Origin: an uncultured bacterium
GTDB lineage: Bacteria; Krumholzibacteriota; Krumholzibacteriia; LZORAL124-64-63
Assembly: GCA_965363725.1 (NCBI GenBank)
Contig: CBDTUS010000001.1
Coordinates: 2,460-66,459 of the forward strand
Direction: 5' to 3'
DNA length: 64,000 nt
Shown: in pieces, positions 51,870 to 59,378 of the stretch
Layout of the letters: each line of letters starts with the position of its first letter
How positions within the stretch are numbered: position 1 is the stretch's first letter
Program-made: the position numbers and the translations under genes
The notes under the pieces: model-generated
The model's input: only the letters and a program-made list of their open reading frames with translations
The model's database searches: none
What the model was told of the DNA's origin: nothing

Positions 51870-51947
51870 CGCCGTTCCTGTTCTCTCAGAGCGTTCCGGA
51901 TATCTCAACGCGTTCCGGATATCTCAACGCGTTCCGGATATCTCAAC
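51870..51947. repeat. Tandem direct repeat: three perfect 19-bp units (GCGTTCCGGATATCTCAAC) plus one degenerate flanking unit. It spans the hsp20 stop and the lon upstream region.
   Basis: It is read directly. Perfect units are at 51891-51909, 51910-51928 and 51929-51947. The degenerate copy at 51870-51890 shares a TGAGA-N5-GGAACG core on the minus strand. Confidence 0.9.
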
Positions 51948-52377
51948 GATTGATGGCAATTTGCCGTCTGTCCCCCGACCCGCCGGTCCCCTTGGCGAAC
52001 GTCACGTAGAGAAATCCGTTCATGTACTTGGCTGCGGCGCTGGCAGGGTCGACCGGAACCGTGATCGCCACGCGCCGGACAAAAGGCCCGACGTTGATTT
52101 CCATGTTGTGGAAATGCTTCTTGCCCGGCACCGCGGATTCCCGGCGGATTCCCCGGATGACCAGGCTCTTCTCGTCGGCCAGGACTTCGATCTGGGCCGG
52201 GTCCATCCCCGCCAGGTCGACCTGGACGATAAATTCGCCGTCGGTCTCGTAGGCGTCCATGGCGGGCCGCCAGCACATCTCGTTTTCCCCGGGAATGACC
52301 CCGCCCTTCTGGGCGTAGGAGGTCACCAGGATCTCGAAGATCTCCTCCAGGTCGCCTGTCTTGTCCCGTCTACTCAT
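51943..52377 (-). CDS. Hsp20 / alpha-crystallin-family small heat-shock protein.
   Basis: It has an ACD domain (AMDAYETDGEFIVQVDLAGMDPAQIEV ... GFLYVTFAK). Confidence 0.85.
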   Translation of the reverse strand: MSRRDKTGDLEEIFEILVTSYAQKGGVIPGENEMCWRPAMDAYETDGEFIVQVDLAGMDPAQIEVLADEKSLVIRGIRRESAVPGKKHFHNMEINVGPFVRRVAITVPVDPASAAAKYMNGFLYVTFAKGTGGSGDRRQIAINR

Positions 52378-52423
52378 TTTCGCCTCTATCGATGGCCTGA
52401 ACGGTAATACTTGAATGGGGGCT

Positions 52424-52452
52424 ATGCTACTGCGCAGGACCGTGACCGTCAA
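52424..52452 (-). promoter_or_regulatory. Candidate sigma70-type promoter for the hsp20 gene.
   Basis: On the minus strand it reads TTGACG, a 17-nt spacer, then TAGCAT, about 45 nt upstream of the hsp20 ATG. The consensus may differ in this lineage. Confidence 0.3.
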
Positions 52453-53504
52453 CCAAACCCCTTCTCCGACGGGGACCGCCCCTCGCCGGGACCGTACCAT
52501 TGGGCACCCAATCCGCTGAGCAGATCCTCGCTGGCCAGACCCAGACCATGACCGGAAGGCCCACGGCAGCGTCTCATGGCCTCCGCCAGACGCCTGTCGG
52601 CCTCGTCCGCCCAAAAAAGATGCCCCTGCGGCGGGGCCGTCGCCGTCGGGGTTTCGGCGCCCAGCTCCAGTCCCAACACACCCTTGCGCCGGACAGGCAG
52701 CCGGGACCAGAGGGTGTCGATCAGACCGAGCCAGGATTTCCAACCGGCGTGATCGCGACCCCGCAGGTAAGCCTCATCGGGCCGTCCCTCGGGTCGGAAA
52801 GCCGTCAGGCGCCACCTCCCGCCGCCGACGGGGCCACCCGGACAAATGGTCAGTGCCCGCACGGCCAAGCCTCGGAGCATGGCGGCTGTCACCGATTCGG
52901 ACAAGGCCGGGCGCGCCAGGCGAAGGCCGACCACCAGGACAAGGGACCCGCGATTCGGCCCTGTTCCCTTTTCCCAATCCAGGTGCGAAACTCCCTGGCG
53001 TCCCCAGGCTTCGTCGGCCAGGCGGGTGGCACCGACGCCGAATACCGACCGCAACAGAGCCGGCGGCACCACCTGGAGATCACCCAGCGTCCGTACCCCC
53101 AGGTGGATGAGCCGATGGACGAACGAGCTCTGCCCAGGTAGGAATTTTATGGGGAAAGGAGAGAGGAAAACGGATACTTGGTCGGGCACGACGCCCAGAA
53201 TTCCGCCCCCGGCCCGGGCCGCCGTCAGGGAGGCCAGCCGAGCCGCCAATCGCGTGGGAGCCGCTCCGCCACCCAGTATTCCAGCGGCGCCCCTGGCCAG
53301 GGAACCGATCCGGGCGGCCCCATCCAATCCAGGTCCGTACAGTCGGTCCGTCCCGCTCAGGTCCAGGAAGGCGCCCGATGAAGCCAGTTCCCAGGAAGGC
53401 GTGGTGCGGCGGCAAAAATCGGCCAGAGCCTGGCCCGGTTCCGAGGCACTCTCCCGGCCTGGTTCGCAGTCCACCCGCAGGTGCAGGATATAGGGCCGGG
53501 CCAT
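52449..53504 (-). CDS. Y-family DNA polymerase-like protein (ImuB/DinB-like). The catalytic acidic residues appear not to be conserved.
   Basis: ILHLRVDC aligns to HVDMDCFF, and AFLDLSGTD aligns to SLDEAYLDV of DinB. The first Asp and the Glu are replaced. It lies 17 nt downstream of lexA and has a GAGGAAAG ribosome-binding site. Confidence 0.6.
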   Translation of the reverse strand: MARPYILHLRVDCEPGRESASEPGQALADFCRRTTPSWELASSGAFLDLSGTDRLYGPGLDGAARIGSLARGAAGILGGGAAPTRLAARLASLTAARAGGGILGVVPDQVSVFLSPFPIKFLPGQSSFVHRLIHLGVRTLGDLQVVPPALLRSVFGVGATRLADEAWGRQGVSHLDWEKGTGPNRGSLVLVVGLRLARPALSESVTAAMLRGLAVRALTICPGGPVGGGRWRLTAFRPEGRPDEAYLRGRDHAGWKSWLGLIDTLWSRLPVRRKGVLGLELGAETPTATAPPQGHLFWADEADRRLAEAMRRCRGPSGHGLGLASEDLLSGLGAQWYGPGEGRSPSEKGFG

Positions 53505-53523
53505 CTGTGCTTTCCTCGGACAA

Positions 53524-54135
53524 TCAGGAAAACCGGCGCAGGACCCCGATGACCACACCCTGGACCTGCACCCGGTCTTCCGGGAGCATAAGAACCGGCA
53601 CGGCGGGATTGGCGGGTTGCAACCGCACCTGGGCGCCTTCCCGGAAATACTGTTTGACGGTGACGGAATCCCCGTCCACCAGGGCGATGATGGTTTCCCC
53701 GTTGCGGGCCGTTTCACGGGCCTCGACAACCACGGTATCCCCGTCACGGATCTGTTCCTCGATCATGGAATCGCCCCGCACTCGCAAGGCAAAGGTCCGG
53801 CCCTTGCCCAGCCATTCCTCGGGCAGGTTGATATCCTCCTGGTCGTCCAGGGCTTCGATAGGCAGGCCCGCCGCGACGGTCCCCAGCAGGGGAATCCGCG
53901 CCATGCCTCGCGGGCCATCGCCCCTCCCAACGACCTCCAGGTCCCGGCTGGCGTTCCGGCGGCCTCTTTCCAGATAACCCTTGTCCACCAGATTGCTGAT
54001 GTGTTTATGGACGGTGGCCACGGAAGAGAGCCCGAATTTTCCCCCGATCTCCTGCAGGGTAGGGGCATACCCCCGGTTGTCGGTGTACTCGGAAATGTAG
54101 GCGAGAATTTCCGCCTGTCTCGGAGTCAGTCCCAT
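53524..54135 (-). CDS. lexA: LexA repressor (S24 peptidase).
   Basis: It has an N-terminal winged helix-turn-helix, an AAG-type cleavage region (VAAGLP) and the Ser-Lys dyad (GDSMIE ... VKQY). An AGGAGG ribosome-binding site is present. Confidence 0.9.
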   Translation of the reverse strand: MGLTPRQAEILAYISEYTDNRGYAPTLQEIGGKFGLSSVATVHKHISNLVDKGYLERGRRNASRDLEVVGRGDGPRGMARIPLLGTVAAGLPIEALDDQEDINLPEEWLGKGRTFALRVRGDSMIEEQIRDGDTVVVEARETARNGETIIALVDGDSVTVKQYFREGAQVRLQPANPAVPVLMLPEDRVQVQGVVIGVLRRFS

Positions 54136-54174
54136 TTATCGCCTCCTGCGAAAGTGACCACGGCGGGCCGGTCA

Positions 54175-54247
54175 AGTGTCGACAACCGTTTCAGTGTCGA
54201 CAACCGTTTCAGTGTCGGACAACCATTTCAGTGTCGACAACCGTTTG
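54175..54247. repeat. Tandem direct repeat: four units of 18-19 bp (AGTGTCGACAACCGTTTC) lying 40 nt upstream of the lexA ATG.
   Basis: It is read directly. Units are at 54175-54192, 54193-54210, 54211-54229 (a variant with two changes) and 54230-54247. Each contains the palindrome TGTCGACA. Confidence 0.9.
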
Positions 54248-54329
54248 ACCACACATTAGACGAAAAATTAGCGAAAGTCCAGCGAAAATTAAGGAAAAAC
54301 GGGGCCCATGAGGAGGGAGCATCGGCGGA

Positions 54330-55301
54330 TCATTTTTTGGCCCGACCAGCCCTGGCCATAACGGCAGCTTCGGGGACCCTGGATCCGGCAGCCAGCAGGC
54401 GCACCACTTCCGAATGATTGGGCAGACCCCGTCGACCGCCCCAGTCACGGCACTTGAGTCCCGCCACGGCGCATCCCCATTCCAGGCAGGAGGCGAAACC
54501 GAGCCCACCGGCCAGGGCGAAGGCGTATCCGGCGTGGAAGGCATCTCCCGCGCCGGTGGTGTCCTGGACCGGAACGTCGAAGGCCGCCACCGGCAACGGT
54601 TGGTCATCCTGCAGGCCGAGGACTCCTTCTCCGCCGAAGGTCATGGCCACCCGAAGGGGGCCCAGGTCCCTCAGGGCACGCAGCGCCTCCAGGGGAGACT
54701 CGCAGCCTGTCAGTTCAGGAGCGAAATTCCGGGAACTGACCACATCGGTGCAGACTGCCGCCAATTCGTGGGATCCACTTCGGACGGATCCGGCGTCCAT
54801 CACCACCGGCAGACCCCGCTCGCGTGCGTACCGGGCCAGGCGTAACGATAGCTCGATCTCATGGCCGTCGGTGTAGAGCAGATCGATTCCATCCAGCACC
54901 CGTGGTTCGGCCAGCTTGGCATCCAGATGAGGCACGTCACCGCGAGACCAGAAAATGGTGCGCTGGGCCAGGGCTTCATCCACCAGTGAGACGGCCTTGG
55001 GACTCTCATGCCCCACCAGGGTCGGACAAAGGGAAAGATCCACCCCGGCTTCTTCGAGTTCGCCACGCTGAAGCCGGCCAGGCAGATCGTCGGTCAAGGG
55101 GGTCATCAGGCACACCTCGGCACCCAGCCGCGAGAGCGCCACGGCGGCCGTCGCAGCGGGCCCGCCTCCGCCCATGACGATCGGGCCGGCGGCAACCTTT
55201 TCGTCCGGGACCGGGTACCCGTCCACCGGCACGATCACGTCGAAAGCATTGTAGCCCACGACCAGAATGCGAGGTACCGTAGAAGCAGCATCGGTGACCA
55301 C
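54330..55301 (-). CDS. PfkB-family carbohydrate kinase (ribokinase-like).
   Basis: It has an ILVVGYNAFDV N-terminus and the C-terminal DTTGAGDAFHAGYAFAL motif. A GTG start follows an AAGGAGG site. Confidence 0.75.
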   Translation of the reverse strand: MVTDAASTVPRILVVGYNAFDVIVPVDGYPVPDEKVAAGPIVMGGGGPAATAAVALSRLGAEVCLMTPLTDDLPGRLQRGELEEAGVDLSLCPTLVGHESPKAVSLVDEALAQRTIFWSRGDVPHLDAKLAEPRVLDGIDLLYTDGHEIELSLRLARYARERGLPVVMDAGSVRSGSHELAAVCTDVVSSRNFAPELTGCESPLEALRALRDLGPLRVAMTFGGEGVLGLQDDQPLPVAAFDVPVQDTTGAGDAFHAGYAFALAGGLGFASCLEWGCAVAGLKCRDWGGRRGLPNHSEVVRLLAAGSRVPEAAVMARAGRAKK

Positions 55302-55393
55302 GAAACCCTCCTTGTCCGTCTGGATGGCACCATGATAGGGTGACTCGAGCTGAAGAAACCCCGGGCGCTTCGCCCCCACCGGAAGAGGACGAG

Positions 55394-55738
55394 ATGGGCA
55401 CCTGTCTTTTCTGCGACATAGCCGCGGGCAACATACCATGCACCGAAGTCCACAACGACGAAAACTTCCTGGCCTTCCGGGACATCGACCCCAAGGCCCC
55501 CACCCATATCCTGGTCATCCCCCGCCGTCATGTCACCGGCCTTGCGGCCTTGACCGAAAGGGACGAGGTCATGGCCGGCGGCCTGATCATGACCGCGACG
55601 AAAATCGCAGCCGACGAGGGGTTGGCCGAAGGGGGATACCGATTTGTCATCAATGACGGCAATGACGGCGGCCAGTCGGTGGGGCATCTGCACCTGCATA
55701 TCCTGGGGGGCCGCGCCCTCGGCTGGCCCCCGGGTTGA
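55394..55738 (+). CDS. HIT-family hydrolase.
   Basis: It has the histidine triad HLHLHILGG and a CLFCDI N-terminal motif. Confidence 0.8.
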   Translation: MGTCLFCDIAAGNIPCTEVHNDENFLAFRDIDPKAPTHILVIPRRHVTGLAALTERDEVMAGGLIMTATKIAADEGLAEGGYRFVINDGNDGGQSVGHLHLHILGGRALGWPPG

Positions 55739-55855
55739 CTTTCCAGCAGGATAAAAAAAACCCGGCCACAGCCGAGTCCATTGCCAATCGTCCATCATCA
55801 GCCGGACCACCTGGTCAACGCACGCACGCCCTGATTCCGAAATACTTGACCCCGG

Positions 55856-57529
55856 CTACCTGAACGGCGATGGAGAAAAATCTACCCTTCCGGATGTATA
55901 GTCCGAAAGGTTGGCACCCTGGAGAATGTTACGAATGGCGCGCACGGCCCGGCGTTCATCCAGATGGATGGGCTCAAGGCGATTCATGGCTCCAACACCA
56001 CCGGCAACCAGCATGAGGTACTCGGAGTTGGCACACTCCGCATGGGCCAGCAGGCCCAGGGTGTGTCCAAGCTCATGCAGAGCGACCCCCTGGATCTCCT
56101 CGGGCAGATCCAGCGCCGCATCGGTATTGATCCAGACCTGCATCTTTTCGGGAATGACCTCCCCCAGATCGTCACCGGGACCGTTGGGTAACAGCTGGGA
56201 AACCAGGCCGTAATTCTGGGACCTCCATTCAAACAGGAACACGATATTGGCGGCCTCCTCATCGACAGTCCTGACGAAATAGTCGGTCTCGCTGATCCCC
56301 AACAGCGACGCATCCATGCTCATGCGATTGTTCCAGAATTCCATGGCGGCCAGACAGTTCGCTTCAAGGTCGGTTCCCGCGTCGTTCAACCCGGGGGGAA
56401 TGAACACCGAGACGGGAAACTCGGCCCATGAATACAGACGTGATTTGTCAGGCGCGCCCTCCACTTCCTTGTTCCGGGTCATGTCGCGCAGGTACTCCAG
56501 AAAAGACCCTCCCCAGCAGGGATACCCCAGGCCATGCTGAGTGATCAGGGTGATGTCGATGTTGGTGGTATCGTCAGCGATGGAGACAGGGTCCGTCACG
56601 AAATCGTACCAGGACGGCGATGAGGTCCCCACCCGGACCACGTCGATGCTACGGAAGGGCTGGTCGAAGAGGAAGGAACCGCTGCCGTCGGTGTTGGCCG
56701 AACGGACCGGTCCGCTTGTATTCACGATGATCCCCAGCAGCGGTTGGCCCATGTCGTCGCGGACAAGTCCGCCGAGGTACCAGGGGTAGGTGATGTCGTG
56801 ATGCGTGCTGGAGGTCAAGGGCGACAATTGCTGCCGGTCATCCCGTACCCGCACGGCGAACCAGGCCCGCACCCCGGGGCGCATCCCGTGTTCCGCCTCC
56901 GTGAAGACCTCTTCGTAGGTTAGGCTGCTGGGTACATGCGTGACGTTGGCCAGAATGGTCGCCTGGCCCCAGTTGGCCTGGTTGATTCCGCCGTCGTAGC
57001 TCACGGCCACCTGGTATTCGAGGAGCGGGAAGGTGGCGTTGTTGACCCGGCCCCAACTCACCTTGACATCCGCAACCTGTTCCCCGGCCTCCGCACTAAC
57101 CAGGGGCACCTCGGGGGGTAGCACCGAGACATCTTCCAGCACGTCGATGACCCAGTAGTAGGTGTCCCGCACGGCGCCGGCGAAAGCGCCCACCTTGAGG
57201 GTATCGGGCCCCACGGCCGCCGGGACGAAGTTGAAGGTCGTTTCGCGGCCGACCACAGCACCTTGCCGGTACCAGGTCACGTCCAGGGTGGCGGCCGATG
57301 AGCTCCCCACCGAGAAATCCATGGTCTGACTGAGTCGGATCGACTGCCCCTGTCCAAGCGGGGAAAAGGTGATGGTCAGGGGCGGATCGGTCTCCCCGCC
57401 GGGATCGGTGCTGCTGGAGCACCCCGCCTGCATCAGGGCCAGGCCCACGACGGCACACCATACCGTCAGCAAGAAGCTGAAGCCGGTCCGGACCTGTCGG
57501 GTGGGAATGGGTTTCTGGTCAGGATTCAT
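55856..57529 (-). CDS. Lipoprotein with a metzincin-type zinc metalloprotease motif.
   Basis: It has a signal peptide with an LMQAGCSS lipobox and a C-terminal HELGHTLGLLAH (HExxHxxGxxH) motif. Confidence 0.55.
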   Translation of the reverse strand: MNPDQKPIPTRQVRTGFSFLLTVWCAVVGLALMQAGCSSSTDPGGETDPPLTITFSPLGQGQSIRLSQTMDFSVGSSSAATLDVTWYRQGAVVGRETTFNFVPAAVGPDTLKVGAFAGAVRDTYYWVIDVLEDVSVLPPEVPLVSAEAGEQVADVKVSWGRVNNATFPLLEYQVAVSYDGGINQANWGQATILANVTHVPSSLTYEEVFTEAEHGMRPGVRAWFAVRVRDDRQQLSPLTSSTHHDITYPWYLGGLVRDDMGQPLLGIIVNTSGPVRSANTDGSGSFLFDQPFRSIDVVRVGTSSPSWYDFVTDPVSIADDTTNIDITLITQHGLGYPCWGGSFLEYLRDMTRNKEVEGAPDKSRLYSWAEFPVSVFIPPGLNDAGTDLEANCLAAMEFWNNRMSMDASLLGISETDYFVRTVDEEAANIVFLFEWRSQNYGLVSQLLPNGPGDDLGEVIPEKMQVWINTDAALDLPEEIQGVALHELGHTLGLLAHAECANSEYLMLVAGGVGAMNRLEPIHLDERRAVRAIRNILQGANLSDYTSGRVDFSPSPFR

Positions 57530-57592
57530 GTTCCCTCAATTTACGAAACAATGGGGATAAGGACAACACCCGGGACAGGGTTGATTCGGTGG

Positions 57593-59248
57593 TCAGGGTC
57601 CTGATTTGTATTTCCGGTCCTCCGGCGCGATCCACCATTCGGCCAGATTGTTGACGGGTGACAGGAGATGGGGCCTTACGTCCCGCAGCCTCGACCGGAT
57701 GCCCACCAGGTTTTCCGGGTAAAAGAGGTAGGCCGCCGGTGGATCGTCCGCCAACAGTTCCTGGATTTCCAACCAGATCGGGAGGGCCCGGGCACGGTCG
57801 CTGATCCCCAGTGCCACAGACAACAGGGAGTCCACTCCCACATGGGCGTAATGCCCGTAGTTGAACTCATCGATCGCCGTCGATCTGACGTACCCGGAAG
57901 GATCCCCGTGGAGATTGGCGTTGAGGCGTCCAAAGTAGGAATCGAACCGCCCGGCCCGCAACCGGTCAAGACCCGCCGCCAGTTCCATGGCCAGGATGGT
58001 GACGTCGATCCCGACATCCTTGAGGTTTTCCCTCAGGATCACTGACCCGTTCTCCCGGACGGGGTCCCCCTGTTTGGTCAGGATTTCGAACCGGAAAGGC
58101 ACCCCCTCCCGGTCGAGAATCCCGTCACCATCGGTGTCGGCCCACCCGGCGGACGCCAGCAACCTGCGGGCCTCGTCCGAATCGAAGGGATCGGGTTCCA
58201 GGGACGGGTGATGGTTCCAGAGAGCGGGAGGCACGGGCCCCTTGGCCGGCGTCCCGTATCCCAGCAGAAGGGTGGATACCATCCGCCGGCGGTCGATGGC
58301 CAGCGACAGGGCAAGTCTCACCTCTGCTGCGGCAAACAGCGGGTTCCGAAAATTCCATTGAAGGTAATAGAACTGGCGCCCCCCGGTGGAGGCAATGCGG
58401 ACCTGGCCGTTTTTTTCCAACCGACGGGCCGCATCCGGTGGCACATGGTCCACGAGATCCACCTCCCCCGTTTCCAGGGCCACGAGCCGCGCGCTCTCTT
58501 CTGGCAGGATCCGAAAAACAACCCGGTCCAACCAGGCGGGCGGGCCGGAATACATGGGATTCCGCACCAGGGACAGGGACCGGTTGTAGTTCCATTCCTC
58601 CAGCTGGAACTCCCCGGAGGAGAGGGGCCGGTGATTCAGGTCCCAGCTGCGTACCTCGGCCGGATCGAGATCCCGCGTCAGGTGGCCGGGCAAAATGTGA
58701 TGCCAGGTGCGTTGAATAGGGTCGGGCTGTGGACGAACCAGATCATAGCGCACGGTCGCCGAGTCCAGGGCCACCGCGCTCACCACGTCCCGGAAAAAGC
58801 CCCGGCGTGGGCTGGCCACGGCAGGATTCTTGAAAAGATGGAAGGAACGAACCACATCATCCGCGGACAAAGGTTGTCCATCGGACCACCGCCACGGGTG
58901 CAAATGATAGGTCACCGACAGACCATCGGGCGCGATTTCCCAGCGTGAGGCAATCCGGGGATGGTAGGAGAGGTCATCCCCCATTTCCGCCAGACCGTCA
59001 TGGATCTCCGCGTACACCATGCCGGCGTTGGCAGAGGTGTAGAGAAGCGGATTGAGGACACCCGGATCAGAAGAAAGGGCAATCACGGCCGTGCCACCGG
59101 GCACCGGCCCGGTTCCCTGAGCGGCGGCGCCCTGATCGGTTCCGGGAGGCTCGTCCGTACAACCGGCCACCCAAACGCAGACGACAAGCACCAGGGCCAC
59201 TCCTACTTTCGCGAAGTGAGCCCTCTCCCGCTTTGCGAAAACTTTCAC
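57593..59248 (-). CDS. ABC transporter substrate-binding protein, family 5 (peptide/nickel).
   Basis: It has a signal peptide with a VAGCTD lipobox and the SBP_bac_5 architecture. Confidence 0.8.
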   Translation of the reverse strand: MKVFAKRERAHFAKVGVALVLVVCVWVAGCTDEPPGTDQGAAAQGTGPVPGGTAVIALSSDPGVLNPLLYTSANAGMVYAEIHDGLAEMGDDLSYHPRIASRWEIAPDGLSVTYHLHPWRWSDGQPLSADDVVRSFHLFKNPAVASPRRGFFRDVVSAVALDSATVRYDLVRPQPDPIQRTWHHILPGHLTRDLDPAEVRSWDLNHRPLSSGEFQLEEWNYNRSLSLVRNPMYSGPPAWLDRVVFRILPEESARLVALETGEVDLVDHVPPDAARRLEKNGQVRIASTGGRQFYYLQWNFRNPLFAAAEVRLALSLAIDRRRMVSTLLLGYGTPAKGPVPPALWNHHPSLEPDPFDSDEARRLLASAGWADTDGDGILDREGVPFRFEILTKQGDPVRENGSVILRENLKDVGIDVTILAMELAAGLDRLRAGRFDSYFGRLNANLHGDPSGYVRSTAIDEFNYGHYAHVGVDSLLSVALGISDRARALPIWLEIQELLADDPPAAYLFYPENLVGIRSRLRDVRPHLLSPVNNLAEWWIAPEDRKYKSGP

Positions 59249-59378
59249 CTATGGTCTCCTCGACGGGGATCCCAGGGATGGCCGGAACGAAGAAAAATCA
59301 TGAACCGGAAAGCCAAGGCGCAGCCCCCGCAGGAGCTGCGCCTAAACATACCGAGGCCGTCGAAGGGCGTCAATGACG

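Noticed and set aside
51870-51947. The tandem repeat arrays at lon and lexA could be CRISPR arrays.
   Set aside because: The units are directly contiguous with no spacers, there are only 3-4 copies, no cas genes are present, and they lie inside promoter regions.
52383-52440. A sigma32 heat-shock promoter might lie upstream of hsp20.
   Set aside because: A CCCCCATT-like element and a CTTGAA-like element exist, but in the wrong order and spacing on the coding strand. Only a generic sigma70-like TTGACG-N17-TAGCAT could be proposed, and that at low confidence.
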